Source of the DNA: Phoronis australis
Taxonomy: Eukaryota > Animalia > Phoronida
Assembly (NCBI GenBank): GCA_002633005.1
Contig: NMRA01000362.1
Span: 248,001 to 312,000 of the forward strand
Length of the DNA stretch: 64,000 bases
Direction of reading: 5' to 3'
Numbering within the stretch: position 1 is the stretch's first letter; each line of letters opens with the position of its first letter. This document shows, piece by piece, positions 40,790-54,806 of the stretch. Below the pieces are notes generated by a model. It did not search any database and was not told where the DNA came from. It saw only the letters and a program-made list of their open reading frames with translations. The translations under genes and the position numbers were made by a program.

Positions 40790-41810
40790 TCCTTTTGGCC
40801 TTGCAACTACTACAAGTACTATCTAAATTTCCAAAATTTGAGCAACATTATGTTCCACGGGTTAACTACCTTGTCGAGTTTGTCTGTAAATACATATTTA
40901 CAGACGGATTTCGTGTCGAGTTGGCAAGCTATTTTGTCGCGTTGATGATCGCTCTAAATGCTCAGAGATGTTTTTGTCCTTACAGTCTTTGGTTTGTTAC
41001 CCTCGTCTGACTTAGACCGGTTTTGCCAATCAAACAATTCTGTCTCTGTATTTATTTGCAAATTGCCACTCCCTTAGTGCTTGTATTCTACTCGTACACT
41101 TAAAGTGCAAAAAGGAAATTGTACCACAACGTTCATTTCTTTTGAAAGAAGCAACCATCTCAACGAATATTATCGACATATGTTGAAATTTTATCTTTTG
41201 ACGCCACTTACTAAAATGACGGGGAACAGAGTCTTAAAACGAAATGTATAACTGTTACTAAGTATTTTTGTGTTAGACGTTAACTGGGGCTACATTCACA
41301 AAAACATAAATGGCATTGTGATTTCCTTACAATTTAAAAGCTGGTGGAAATTGTCTTTAACAGGAATAAAATAAACGTAGGAGACCATGCAATTGTAATT
41401 GGTAACAATGTCACAATCAGTATGAATAACGGTGTCATAGCGGGCATGATTGTGATTTTATACATTCATACGCAGGATACATCATGGAGAACCATAGAAT
41501 AGAGCTCTCTAGGCAGTGCTACCATCTGCATACATACTTTCTACCATAAACGGCTACCCATTACGTACCCAAGAAAATACAAATTATCCCCGCATGTTGT
41601 CTTTGTCACTGAGCCACTGTTTCCCGTGCTTAATATGCGATTAAGCTCAATAACAACAATAAAATGAGAAAAATAATCAAAAAATCAATATTATTAATAT
41701 TCATATGAACAATTACAATTTTAACAATGAATATACGTTTTCATAAGTATCGCACACTTCGGATATAAGGTGGTGGCAAGGTGAGGCGACGGGTGTTCAA
41801 TGGAAGTTAA
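40790..41810. mobile_element. ~1-kb dispersed repeat, copy 2, TTAA-ended
   Basis: Homologous to 25085-26104; lies between the divergent Ig and Caprin genes. Confidence 0.7.
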
Positions 41811-42339
41811 GAATTTGTCAATAAAAACACAAAAAAGCGGGGGTGGCCACTTGAATGTCATCAATGGCCTCCTCCAAGGGCGGGGCCCCTATAAATATGA
41901 AAATAGGCCTTTTTTCAAAAATCAGGAGATGCGCAGCAATTGATGTAATCTGTCAGGTCATCAATTTTTCTCAAGTGATCAACAATTTCGAGAAAAAAAA
42001 TAAAGCGACATTTGTCTCCGTAATCCCTTGCCAGCGAGGAAACTCTGAAAAAATATGGTTTTACATTCACAAATTATTGAATTTAAAAATCCAGTAAATT
42101 AATATTCTCCGCCAAAGCTTCGTTTCACAAATTTTCTCGTTTTTTTTCGAAATATATGAATGAATGATTACGTTTACGTTGGTTTAGACGTACCATGTTA
42201 TGTACTGCAAAAGCGGAGACCGGCCTAACAATTATATCTTGGCCACGGTCCTCCGCCAGGTAAAATATGCACTGATACAGAATTGTTAAATGTTCTCTTG
42301 AATTTATCTCTCTTATCCCTATTTCAGTAGTCTCTCTTT

Positions 42340-42960
42340 TCTCGACTGTCCCCGGCCCCACGCCTATGTCGGTTGCCACGGTTTAACCCTGACGACGCCT
42401 GAAAGTGGGGGCACGCGTGCTCCCCTCATCATGGTACTGAGAGCCTAGCCGGGTTGCAGACGAGTTGAGAACTCCTTGTGGTACAAGTTTTAGAATTTTA
42501 TTCAAGTGAAATTGCAAATGTTATGATAAAATTTACAGGCTCTTCGAGTGATTTCTTTGCGACTCAAGTGCATGACATAACCAGCTCTCGGGTCGGGCCG
42601 GGCTCCCGGCTGCCATTGGCTCGGCCCACTGTCCACTAGACGTTTTGTTATTGCTGCCACCTCACGATGAATTTCGGTACTACATATGACGTCACGACTT
42701 TCTCATTCAATAATGTTCCTCTGGAGAAGTCCTTGATTATTTTGCTTATAACAATGTAACTAGCTAGATTTCATAAATATTTTTCCTCGGTATTATAAAT
42801 ATTTATATTTTGTTTATATTCTGTTTTTTCCTAAGTTACCAATGTCTCACTAACCAGGTTCAGATTTCCTGATTGTTTGAAGTACTAGCTAAACTGTGGT
42901 ACATGGGTTGAAATAAGGAACACGTGAAGTATCCTTTATCCCGAGTCGTTGCTGTTGAAG
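42340..42960 (+). promoter_or_regulatory. Probable Caprin promoter / 5' region (CpG-enriched, CRE palindrome TGACGTCA at 42687-42694)
   Basis: Local GC/CpG enrichment directly upstream of the Caprin ATG; TSS not determined. Confidence 0.4.
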
Positions 42961-42961
42961 A

Positions 42962-43075
42962 ATGCCTTCTGCCGCTACCAAGCCTGACACGAAACCCCAA
43001 TTTGAGGGTGAAAGTGCCATAAAACAAGCTCTAAATGTGATCGATAAGAAAGTTAGAAACCTTGAGAAGAGAAAA
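42962..43075 (+). CDS. CAPRIN1: Caprin exon 1
   Basis: MPSAATK...AIKQALNVIDKKVRNLEKRK|GTAAG; matches vertebrate Caprin-1 MPSA... and KQILGVIDKKLRNLEKKK. Confidence 0.93.
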
Positions 43076-43804
43076 GTAAGTTTGTGATTTGTCATACCAA
43101 TTAAGAATGTCTTTTTTTCTCTCAACAATGTTTGTGTCATTGCGAGTGTTTGAAGCTTTGGTTTGACCCAACGACGAATGATTCACCGATTTTGCGACAA
43201 ACTTAATTGCGCATTTTTGTAGATTGCGTGTATTGATTCCATTTCTCACCGATTTTGTTCGCGGACCTTTTGGCAAAACAGTTTACAACATTAGTTTGAA
43301 GCGGGGTGGGTTTCGTTTTTTATTGACTGTTCTATTGACATTGTTATTGTGATCGGTGATACTGTTTGAATGAGGTGTTTGTACACCAATTTATGATCGT
43401 GGGTTTGACGATTGAGTGGTACCCTACTGGTCATTTCACCCCCCGTAATCCAATGTATACTGACCGTGCTGTTTGAATTTACCACCTGTAGAAAAATTTA
43501 CGTGCCGACGGCAGAATTGAGCGTCCAAACCATTTGCCATGATTTGGTCAAGACTGGCATTGTATTAGGCGACAATTCAATTGCTCGACTCCGGTGACTT
43601 AAAGTCATGAATGTAAGCACAAAAAGCAGCTGATTGTACTACTACCCAATGTCCGTTAAACAAGTTTTTCCAGTCTTAACCCGTGTTTGTCTTGGTAAGC
43701 AGAGTTTTGAGGCCCAAAACTAAAGTTGTGACCATTTCGTTTAGATGGAAATGCACGAAGTAAAGCCACACAAATCAACTACAGTGCTTACAGTTACTCT
43801 AGAT

Positions 43805-44815
43805 GACAGTACTCATGGATCTTTCTAAAGCTTTCGACTGCCTCCCTCACTCCCTTTTGATCTCCAAACTTAAAGCTTACAAATTTGATGACAATGCCGT
43901 AGCCCTTCTTGGGAATTATCTCTCCCAACAGGAAACAACAAGTGAAACTAGGCCAACACTCAAGTGAATGGGGCCATGTATATAAGGGAGTTCCTCAAGG
44001 ATCCATCCTGGGACCCCTTCTCTTTAATATTTTCATTAATGACACCTTCTTTGTGAAAAAATCTACACTGGTCAACTACGCAGATGACAACACCCTCTCC
44101 TTCTCCGACAACAACCCACTCTCCGTTACTGAAACCCTAAGACAAGATAGTGATCACTCATTAACTGGTTCGCTGTAAATGTCATGCAAGCAATTCCAAG
44201 CAATCTGCATAGGGAAAAAATGAACACATTCTGTAAAACCCTCTCAAGGAATTGGAAATTGCGAAATACCTTGTGAGCCGAAAGTTAAACTTCTAGGAAT
44301 AGCCATTGATACCAACCTAACTTTTGACTCCCATAATTCGAACATTTGCAAAAGAGCCTCACAACAAATAAACGTTCTAAGAAGAATTGGACACCATCTT
44401 ACTATAAAGGTTAGACTTGCCATTTTCCACTCCTTCGTTCTTTCAAATTTCAACTAGTGCCCCCTCTCATGGCATTTTTGCTCGAAAGAAAATACACTCA
44501 AACTAGAAAAACTTCAGCTCAGAGCCCTACGTTTTGTTTACAATGACGACATTAGCACGCACGACCAACTACTCTCTCTAGCTAACAAACCACCCCTCCA
44601 CCTACACAGACTTCGACTTATTGCAATAGAAGTATTTAAAATCCTTCATGGTGAATCACCCAAGACACTTTCTTCGCTTGTAAAGAAGCAAGAAAACAAT
44701 TCCTCCTTTCGCTACAGCAACCTCCTAGCTTTTCCTCAAGTTAAATCTGTTAAATATGGAAAACAATCTTTTCGCTTCGAGGCTGCTCGGGTCTGGAACT
44801 CCACTTTCTTGGTCA
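43805..44815 (+). mobile_element. 5'-truncated CR1/L2-group LINE fragment in Caprin intron 1
   Basis: LMDLSKAFDCLPH, GVPQGSILGPLLFNIFIND, YADDNTL, KLLGIAID..LTF, KYGKQSFRFEAARVWN; frameshifts and stops. Confidence 0.9.
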
Positions 44816-46790
44816 TCATTAACTTTTTCACCACGCGCGCGATAACCACAAAGTATTTCAACTGAATCACGTGAGTTATGCAAAGTCTGGCGCGAGACTG
44901 AGTGAAGCGCGTGGCACTTGCAAAACAGCATAGGAAGGTATCAGGTGAAATTTGTAAGATTTGTGTCCCTTTGACTTTCCATTCGTCAACATGCATGATT
45001 TCATGTAACTTACTCAAAATGGCACCGGGTAAGAGAAACTCTAACAAACCGCGACAGATTTTCATCGATTTGTTCAAATTATCTTGAGTGAATCATCTCC
45101 AGAGTCATGGTATGTGTTAATTATATAACTCCGTGGGCATATATGCACGTTTCATTTGATTTTATTTCCTGTATTTTAAAATTCGTAACTTTTTGTGGGG
45201 TTGTGCTGATTTATGTTTAGCAAGACAATACGAACGGAAGTTTCGGTACACGAATTAGTTTATTACGTGTACAAAGTTCACATATTTTTTGTGTGTTTGT
45301 CACTTCGTGAATTTTAACACTTTTTTGTACTCAAGTCTGACAGAGATCACAGTGTGCCGGACACTTCATTGCCAATTTCTCTTGCGAAGGTCCGTTACCC
45401 AGATATTTCCACAACATAATGCTCAGGTTAGGGTCTTGTCTATTATAACCAAACTGCCACCGATTACATCTAATTTTCAAATTTTCAAGAAATTTGGAAC
45501 CGTTTCTTTGATTAGCTACAGAACGAATGTGTCGGTTTCTCTGCCATAAGTTTCACCCGAAGGCTTTTCTAATGTGAATTTCTGAGAAGAGTTGTGAAAT
45601 TTTATGGAATTTTTCATTTTTGACATACAACCAGGTGATACAATCTCGGTCTTTACGCCTTGACAGAAAGTCATTGCTCATAAAATTTAAAATACAGCCG
45701 AATCTTGTTACAGCAACTAGTGTTTGGAGTGATGGTAAGGTACGTTAGCCTCTGAAATCGATACACACTGTATGGGACTGAAATCATTAAATCTTAATAA
45801 CATCAATTGATGCCATGATCCACTTCCTGAATAATTTCGATATTATTGGTTCTATGTAAGTCAGATCTTAGAACTAATTATTCTACTGCACATATTTTGT
45901 GTGCTTTATTTGGTATGTAGGGTTCAACTTCAAAATCAAGGTGTTACATGACAATCTTTTTCAGCTTTTGTCTCGTGTTTTCACTGCCACTGTTATTAAA
46001 CATTTGTGGAATTACAGGTAATATGCGTGACGTGTTGCACTTTTTGAAATATTTAATCATGAATAGTGGATCTATAAGGTATCTGTACACAACATTTATA
46101 TCTTAAAGATATTATCTATCATATAAACTGCATCATTTGCACAAACTCCTTCTCACCCACACCATTACAGACCTTCGTTGCGCCCGTTTTGGCGCGCATA
46201 TAATTCATCGGGCCTGTCGCCGCCAAAATTAATGATGCCTCATTAAACAATTTTTACTCTTCCTTGAGTAAACTAAATTATTTACCTGGGTGTTGGAAAA
46301 TTGGCGTTCTTCAGTTATTCTGCTGCTAAAATTGCGATGCGCTCTTTGGGCGACATTGCGTCATTATCTGGCCAATTTCCATGTTCTTCAATCAAATGTG
46401 GAAGGTGCGTACATGTCATAAAAATCCAAAGTGGTTTCATTTCGTTACAAGGTTTTACTACTTTAGCACTTAAAAAAACAATTTCAGAAAATACACAATA
46501 CAAAAGACGGAGAATTACGAAAAATAACGTTTATTAGATTTTGTTTACTTCTATAAACGGCTGTAACTGGCTCTGTGAATATCGATTCATTCCCAGATTC
46601 TGCATGCACCCCTGCAGGTTGTTAGCTCTAAGTTTCGTGACGAGCTGAGCACCCAGGTTGTGTGAAATTTCGGTGTCTAACGGAGCTCTACACACAGCTA
46701 CCTAGCTATATGTTGACGACAGTCTTCATACAGCTAGCTGGCTTTGTAACTCAGTTTGAACATTTATGACGCAACTTTTGTAAATATATC

Positions 46791-46951
46791 TAGGGGCGGA
46801 TCCAGGATTTTGAGTTTGGGGGACACGGCAAATAGAGTATTAGCCAGAATTTCGCCTTTCAGACATTCGCACCCCTGAACTGCCAAATGGAATCTGGGAG
46901 AATTTTATGGGTGGTCATGGCCCCCTTGGCCCCCCTCTAAATCCGCCACTG
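46791..46951. mobile_element. ~150-bp MITE family A, copy 3
   Basis: TAGGGGCGGATCCAGG ... CTAAATCCGCCACTG; flanks ATATC / ACATC (5-bp TSD, one mismatch). Confidence 0.75.
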
Positions 46952-47757
46952 ACATCTATATACTTTGTGTACTATACAATAATTTAAATGCATTCTTAGT
47001 TTTCACTTTAAACTGAAGAATATCTGATTACCGTACTTTGTGTTACGGCAGGGTCAAATGTTCTGTAAAGAAATTTGTACTGCCTAGGGAAAGAATGACA
47101 CAGCCGCACACCTTAATTGCCTACTAAAGTCTGACAGGTGACAGAAATTCTGCTTGAAGCTTTGAACATGGTCTCTTCAAGAAGTATTCCTGTCTCTTGT
47201 GAGGAACACTCTATAGGTGTAGTTATTTCCCCTCGGCACTTACTACTAGCTGCTCATTTGAGAACTGGTAAATTTATCAAATTGGTTTTGTTTATAAGCT
47301 GGACAGTAGCAAATGTTGTGGTGACAAAAGTTTTATTTTAAGGAAGGATGGATGTTCAAAAGTTCTGTAATCTCATTTTCTTAACAATAACTTCTGTACA
47401 TAAGAAACAATTTGTTTACTTTCAGTAATTTAGTAAAATGAGAAAAAGGGCAACGGACGTGACACTCTTCAAGATGGAAGGGAATGTTAGAAATAAATTA
47501 TTCGTTTTGCAAAGGCATGTACACATCAAGTTAAAAACAATCATAATGGTGTCGAGTTATCTACATTTTTTATTTACAATGTTTTTTTCAGAGAATTAAT
47601 GGAAGGGCCATGTACAGCCGAATTCAGTTTTGTATTTCAAAGGTGCTGAACTATGATCTCTAATTGTCATTCTCTACGCTGCTTACATTACTTGGCTTTG
47701 ACACTATCATAATCAATAAACGCTCCTTTGTATTAGAGGTAGATAGGTGATAGGTAC

Positions 47758-47829
47758 NNNNNNNNNNNNNNNNNNNNNNNNNNNNNNNNNNNNNNNNNNN
47801 NNNNNNNNNNNNNNNNNNNNNNNNNNNNN
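47758..47829. other. Assembly gap (N run); a second small gap at 55160-55164
   Basis: Ns in the sequence. Confidence 1.
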
Positions 47830-48054
47830 GTGTAGACGCCAGCGCGGTTCCTAAAGTTTGCGAACATGAGAAGAAAAGAAAGTGACAAAGTGTTCAAGTA
47901 TTACATTTTGAAGTTAATCGATGACCCGTTACAATAATTTGTTACTGGTATCATAATTCACATTGCTAAACCGCGGTCTCTGAGGCCGTCGTTGCACTCA
48001 ATGTTATCATCGATCTTAATCTAAAAGGTCGGGGATTCGCGTTTCCTATTAGCA

Positions 48055-48243
48055 CAGGGCGGTAATCACCAATCGGCAAAAGTAGGGGATGGGCGGTTAA
48101 CCGAGCAGTGGGCGGTTAATTGGAAATCTTCAAAAATAGCAGGGGGGCGGTTAACCGAGCAGTGGGCGGTTAAATCGAAATTCACCTAAAGTAGGGGGTG
48201 GGCGGTTAACTGAGCATGGGCGTTAACCCGAACGATTACGGTA
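48055..48243. repeat. G-rich subrepeats GGGCGGTTAACCGAGCAGTGGGCGGTTAA x3 ending in TACGGTA (MITE-like end)
   Basis: Three ~55-bp direct units are visible. Confidence 0.65.
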
Positions 48244-49530
48244 GATTCTTCAAAACGCATGATTATGTGAAATTAGTGTTGTCAATATTTTATTATTCGT
48301 TTTCTTTGTGATAATAAAACTGACTATATAATTTATTTTCATATTCGCCCTAATAAGCGCCCAGGGCACTTAGAAAATTTTGTTTGAGGAGGGGGTGCTT
48401 ATTATAGCATAAGGCGGTTGAAACCTGGTCTCCGAAACAGATAAAATCTTAAGCTAGGGTTCATCAAATTTACGCTCTGTGACGTATCTGTAACCTATGA
48501 CAGACTTTCTACAAAATTGTGGTGCACTGCTGTCAAGCTTTGTTGTTAAATTAAGATCATTGTATCCGAAAATTGTGCTGAAGTCCCAGGGCGAAAACTC
48601 GCTGACAGATGTGGTGCTCATTGGCTTTTGAAAATTCAGCTTTAAAAATGAACAAAGATATTTTGTAAATTGAACTGAAAGGTTGATTTGTCCTGGAAAC
48701 AAAGAAGGTATACCTCTTGCACCTGTTGTTGGGAAGTGCATATCCGTCGAAACTGGAGTACACCAAAGCCATGAAAGTTTCACCCGCAGTCAACAGTTTC
48801 AATAAAAAAAACTTGTCTAAGCACACATGACTGCAAAGGATGCTCTTGGATATTAAGAGAGAAAGTAGTATTGCATGGAAAGTTGACACTTCTAGGGGAG
48901 TGATTTTGGATAGAACCTGTATGTAAATTTAAAACGTGTTCATGTTTGGTAGGTGTATATTTGCTTGTGTGTCGGTTTAAAGGATGAAGGTGGTGTAAAG
49001 ATGCACCCAGGTGTAACTTTATGCGAGTGTGTTTGTGTTTACATGACGTGTAACCTCGCAAAATTCGCGGTGTATATGAAAATACACAATGGTGTTACAA
49101 ACATACATTCAGGTGTGAACATCATAATACATATGGGGCTTGTGTCTCATTTTCTGAAGCATGTGCTCTACTGAAACATGGTGTTTCGCCATGATTGAAA
49201 CGTTCTGAGCCATGCTTTTAAATCTTGGGTCAGCTTTTGAAAAGCTCTGAGCCTTGTTTAAAATCTAAAACCATACGCAAAAAGCCTGAGCTTTGTCTGC
49301 TGTGCAAAATAATGATTTAGATAGTTTAGTTTATAAACCTTTGTTTTTTACTCTTTTGTCAAAAATGGTAATTTCAAGCTCAGCAAGTGGAAATAATGTG
49401 CAGCTATGAATGTAAACTAGACAGATAAGGACCCGAAAACAGCTCACACATTTTGCACCATGTTTGAATTTCTGATTTGGGGAACCCTGGTGAGCAATTT
49501 TAGAACTAACACATTTGTGTTCTATTTTAG

Positions 49531-49674
49531 ACCAAACTCGACTCGTACCGTGCTAAGAAGCCAGCTGATCTGAACGACGACCAGAGGGAGGCTATTGGTC
49601 ACTATGATGAGGTCATCGTTAATCTGGAATTCGCCCGTGACCTGCAGAAGCAGTTCATTCAAATTAACACAGAT
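49531..49674 (+). CDS. CAPRIN1: Caprin exon 2
   Basis: TKLDSY...LNDDQREAIGHYDEVIVNLEFARDLQKQF; TTTTAG / GTGAGT; phase 0-0. Confidence 0.93.
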
Positions 49675-50553
49675 GTGAGTTGGAAATAACCCTACCCAGG
49701 GTACAGCCAGGCAAGGCTCTCAGGGGGTACCTCACCTAGTGGTTGCAGTGTCGGGGGGGGACAATCATACGGGAAGTCCGGTGCTGCTTTCCCTCGTCAG
49801 GGAAGCTGCCTCACCTAGTGGTTACAGTGACTGCTGGAAACATTCCTGTCCAGGGTAGACTGACAAGTCTCTCACTCACTTGGGGGATGCATTGTCAGAT
49901 GGACAGGCGAGATAACCTTCATCTAGCGGTCATCTAGGTCATCCAAATCAAAATTCTTACTAAAGTTAACCGTTTGGACACCCAAGTAAAGTAAATGTTG
50001 ATGTTTCTTTTCACTGACAAATATCATTTGGTGTTGTATCTTTGTACTGTGTGTATGAAAACTTGCGAAGCGGCAGAAGTAGTTCGCATGTATGAGAAAC
50101 TCCGGCAGGATGACAAAAAGTTTAACAATCAAAGATAAATTACTATTATTTATGTTAGTAAAATCTACCTTATTTTGTGGTTGTTATCGTGAATCACTGT
50201 ATTCAATAATGTGTGTTTGTGTAGCAGCCATCATAAACCAGTCTACTTTTTGTTGGAAATTGGCTCACGTGCAAAGTTATGCCCTGTAGAACCCTTGAAA
50301 GGTGACAATACAAAACGAGTGCTAAAAGTTGAACGTGGTGGAAATGAAGGAGAGAAGATGAGTTATGGTGTTCTGTGTTTTTGAATAATTAAATGATAGT
50401 AAGGTTATGATTTCGATGCATATGGTAATATTTGGACTGCAGAGAGCATGAGACTGAAGTGGGGCTTAAAATGGAGCATTGTGGGATATCATGCTGAAAC
50501 GCTTAGTGAGAACTATGGAGTGAGAATCTTGTTGTTTTCTCTGCATCTGCTGC

Positions 50554-50635
50554 GCTTATTTCACTTGTATCTCATTTGCTTGGCCTTATTTCACTCGTAT
50601 CTCATTTGCTTGGACTTATTTCACTGTATCTCATC
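50554..50635. repeat. ~30-bp tandem repeat x3 (CTTATTTCAC.GTATCTCATTTGCTTGG)
   Basis: Visible directly upstream of the exon 3 acceptor. Confidence 0.75.
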
Positions 50636-50641
50636 TTCTAG

Positions 50642-50803
50642 TGTGATAAAGTCTTGAAAAAACAGGCGAAGCGTGAAAAGCTGGAGAAGCAGTCGGCCGA
50701 GAGCCGGAGGGTACGCGAGATCCTGATGCTGCAGAACGTGCTGGACAACATGGGCACGGATGACGTTCGCGACGACTTCAAGAATGGCAAGAACGGAGCT
50801 CTA
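50642..50803 (+). CDS. CAPRIN1: Caprin exon 3 (HR1 dimerisation region)
   Basis: KKQAKREKLE...VREILMLQNVLDNMGTDDVRDDFKNGKNGAL; TAG / GTACGT. Confidence 0.93.
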
Positions 50804-52061
50804 GTACGTGCCACTGTGCTCACTGAAATCTCCCAATTCCAACTGCCCATTCCTGGAATGGTGTCACTGTTTGTTAACATTGTCTGGTTGTAGAGTTAAC
50901 GATGTATTTGCAGGCTTCTAGCAGTGCTAATGTTTAGCAGAAACTAAGCGACAATTCTATTCGAACATCATCTACGCTAAACAAGTGCACTTGTATTCGT
51001 TGACAGCTTGTGAAAATAAAAAGATTCTGCAAATAGGTGCCCTTTGCACTAATGACGTGCCTCGCAGGCTCACGTAGCCTGCGCCACATCAACGTACTTA
51101 CAGCACACGGTTCAGTGATCTGCGACGGATCATTTCTACCTCAAAATTCGTTCAAACTACTTCATTGTCGCTACATGTTGTATTTCTAACTAATTTGGTC
51201 AAGCAATGGCAGAGGCAATGAATTAGCCTTCAAGTTCCACTTGAGGGTCAGGAAATTTTGAAAAAGGTGAAGCGTTATCGCAGAGTTATTTAACATTTAA
51301 AAAAATGAGAAAATAGATTTCATTTGTGCGTTATAGTGTGTTCTAAGTTGCTCGGTTTTTGCTGTACTCCGCTGCCATTATTGTGTTCAGTGTTTCTTGC
51401 CTTCTGCGCACAATTTTGACTGCACTAGAACGAGCATTCAACCGACTTTGGATAACCATCTGGTGGGTTTTAAAGAGGATAAGCACTGTTTAGTTAGTTA
51501 CTCCGTCTGGTGCCCATTCATGGAACTAGATTATTCCCATTGGTCCAATAGCCATATGGCTTTCGACGATCAGCGTGACGACTCACGAGTCATCGGCTAT
51601 CACAACATCTGAGTCGGTCCAAAGCAATGGTATAACTTGAGGTTATTGCCAAATTTGACTGCTAACTTCAGAGGATCATATCTCAGATATAGCTGATTGA
51701 ATTCTCATTTAACTTGCAAATACTATGCTTCATGCTCGCTGTTCTCCAAAATGTCGTTGGGAAGATTTGTTTAAATGTTCCATTTTTGCACTAGGGGCTT
51801 TAAAATGTGGCATTTCTTATTTTCATGAAACAACTTTTAAGTTGGATGAAACCAAAACAGATTGGTAAAAAGTCAAAAGCTAGATCTGGTATGCTTTCTA
51901 ATTTCAAAAAAATGGATATGCTTTTACTGCAGAGTATAGTTTTGTAGATATTTGGCAGGCTTGTCACTAAGATACTACATAACCTTGAACTTAAAGACTG
52001 AGTAATTAAAGTTCAAGTTGAGGCCACTTATATAGATCAGTAAGCTCGTTCTTATTACATA

Positions 52062-52255
52062 AGAGCTAGTGGTTAGGACTACACCCAAACCGGTCCCGAC
52101 CTCACAGCTTTGTAAATCTTGATTTTATGGTGGGCAAAGGTGGTAGTAGTCGACCGAACGGATGGTTATAAACTGGGGCGACGGGGCAGCTCGAAAACAC
52201 CGAAAATTACGGGACCCCAAGAATCCTTAATTTGGCACTGGTGACTGAAACTTTA
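52062..52255 (+). mobile_element. Possible decayed tRNA-derived SINE
   Basis: A-box-like GAGCTAGTGGTTAG head and a GTCGACCGAACGGATGGTTATAAACTGGGG core reminiscent of invertebrate SINE bodies; no clear B box. Confidence 0.3.
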
Positions 52256-52348
52256 AAATGTGGGTGATATTGACGGAGAACTGCTGTGGGACTTTTAATG
52301 GACAGCTAAAATGTCTTGCATTTTTGACGGATTCGTTTTCTTTGCCAG

Positions 52349-52601
52349 TTACTGACGGAGGAGAATCTTACGCAACTGGACGACTGGTACCAGTTGATCA
52401 GTCCATCCAGAGAGACCGCGACTGAGACGTCATTCACGGAGCTGTTAGATGGCGCCGCCGACCACCTGGTCTCTTACCTAGATGGCAAGGAGCGCGAAGT
52501 GGCAGGAACAACGTACTCAGCACTGCGCAGTCTTGTCCAACAGATACTGGACTGTGGATACTTCGACAACCCACCAAACCGTGAAGAGAACCACACTGAA
52601 G
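52349..52601 (+). CDS. CAPRIN1: Caprin exon 4
   Basis: LLTEENLTQLDDWYQLISP...HLVSYLDGKEREVAGTTYSAL...GYFD; matches human ILSEEELSLLDEFYKLVDP...LLEGKEKPVCGTTY. Confidence 0.93.
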
Positions 52602-53568
52602 GTATAGTCACAAGAATGATGGTTTTGATAGTGCAGCAGGTGTCGCCGGATGAGTTAATTTGTCGAAAGTGCGAAAGTACGCGGTGATGAAAATTCTATC
52701 TGGAAATCTTTTTTAGTTTTGCGCTTAATTGATTTAGCTTTATTCGCCTGTCTGAAAATTTTTTTCCCGGTTTGTAATTTTTTCTGCACTGCCATTCCTT
52801 CGTGACTGGACTTGACAACCATGTCAGATTTGAGGCAAATGTACTTGGTTCAGTTGCACAACTTTTGCTGTTTTGTCAACAACTTGGCATCAAAATTAGA
52901 AATATTTTTTATTCGTTGATACATTGTATTTGCATTTTGCTCAGAGTAAGCGATTTGTTATATTCATTTCTATTCCGGATTATGAATTTGTTACATGTTC
53001 AGTGGGTTGTCACAAGTTGGCACGCTTCTGTCTGTTGAAAAGGCAATGTCATTTATCAGCATTTTCGTGTCAATTTGCCTTTGTCCTAATTTTTTTGCAG
53101 AAAGTAAGTTTGCTCAAGTGTTTCTCATATAGGCACATGTGCCTGCTCATATACGCTTCACTGTCTTAACTTGGGTGTTCTGTGTGTGTGTCTGTCCAGT
53201 CTTAATAGCTGATGTTTAGTTGAAAGCATGACGGTACGTCAAGCTTCAATGTTCAATCACATGTTATTTTGAAATTCCCATTCTTACTACACTCGAGGGC
53301 TGCACGTACAGACCCATGTGCTTTATTTAAGTTTTCTGTGCAGCTACAGAAAAAAAAAAACGTTGCAGGGGCCTAAAAGCGCCAATTTACAGTATATCTA
53401 CTTCTCAGCTGTGTACGCTGTGAGTCTGCACGTGATATTTATGTATGGGTGTGTTTGTTGTATGTCATTGTACATCGATATACACCAGGGGCACATCCGA
53501 GCCTTTTTGATTGTCTGACGAGTTCATCTTCCATATTTCAACCGATGTCGGTAATTTTTGCCTTGCAG

Positions 53569-53657
53569 AAAATGTGGAAGAGGTTGACGCTGGCAATTCT
53601 GAGGCTGAGTATGCCACGCCTACCGGTGAAGAAGAAACCGAACTGGACACACAGCAG
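53569..53657 (+). CDS. CAPRIN1: Caprin exon 5 (acidic)
   Basis: TTGCAG|ENVEEVDAG...ELDTQQ|GTGGG; phase 1-0 fits its neighbours. Confidence 0.8.
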
Positions 53658-54806
53658 GTGGGCACTCTTTATAGTCAGTGTTCTAAGGGGTTGCACAGCA
53701 TTTGCAATGAGCATTTCTAATACAAGCTTGACATTTTCCATTTGCTCTTGGTTTAGAAGTCCAATAATTAGATATCCCATTTTTCCATGGTAACCCGAAA
53801 CAGATGGATGTCGTGGAATTTTTTTCATGGAAGTAGAGAGATTTGGAACAGAATTTACATTTTTCAGTAGCTGATAGATAGCGCAATTGTTGTGTTTTTG
53901 ATGGTTTTTAATTACCAAAAGTTAAAAATAGCTTTAATCCATTAGATTTGACATATTCTAGCCACACATCCAACAATGATGGCTTTGCGCCAGATGTGTT
54001 CAAGTAGTTGTTGGCAAAACTAGGATTATGACAATACATGTCAGAAGATTCTGGTGCTACCCCTGCGTTTCCTCTTGACTCTCCACAAGAACTGTAAGCG
54101 AAGCTATTCTCCCACTTGAAATGTGTGTCAAGCCTTTCCACATCATAATAGAAAGTAATTGCACTCCCCAAATAGACTTTTAACGATATTGTCATGTGTA
54201 ATATCAAAAGTGCCCTGAAATCTATGGGAGGGTTGAACATCAATTCCACAACTCGGCGACTTGATAGCAATCATTGTTAGTCTCTCAATTCATTTTAGTG
54301 GTAGAAGCTGATCTTTGTCTTGGCAAGGAAGATATTTTACAACCAGTTTGTTACAGATGAAGTGCTGTTTTATCTGTTTTAAAGTCAATGTTTCAGACGC
54401 ATTAACTCTGCAACTTTCAAGTTTTCCTTAGGCAGTGTGTCTGAATCGCTAACCTGAAACAAAATAGTTCCTTTTCCAAGAAGAATGTACGTCTGTTTGA
54501 ACATTTTTGGTTGCTAAGCGATCATCTGTCAAGTTGAGCTCAGAATCGACCTTTTGTTACAAGGACTGTATTTTTGATTTTTGGTAAATGTAAAACAATT
54601 AACATTAGAATTTTGGTTTCTACTACTGAAATGTGTGAATTTTTTAAATGTCCCATTTTGTGAAAAATTTTGATTCGTTGAATTCTGTCCGTTTCCATTA
54701 TTACAGCAGATTGCGGTCTGTAATAATTATTGGTATGTTTTTGAAATAGTTGAAAAATTAGTTTTTAGTCTTCTAGCTGTCTTCATTATTCATTTCCTCT
54801 GTCCAG

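Noticed and set aside
52684-52755. Intronic C/D snoRNA candidate (GTGATGA ... CTGA)
   Set aside because: No terminal stem and no rRNA-complementary guide that I could recognise; a snoscan/Infernal hit would be needed.
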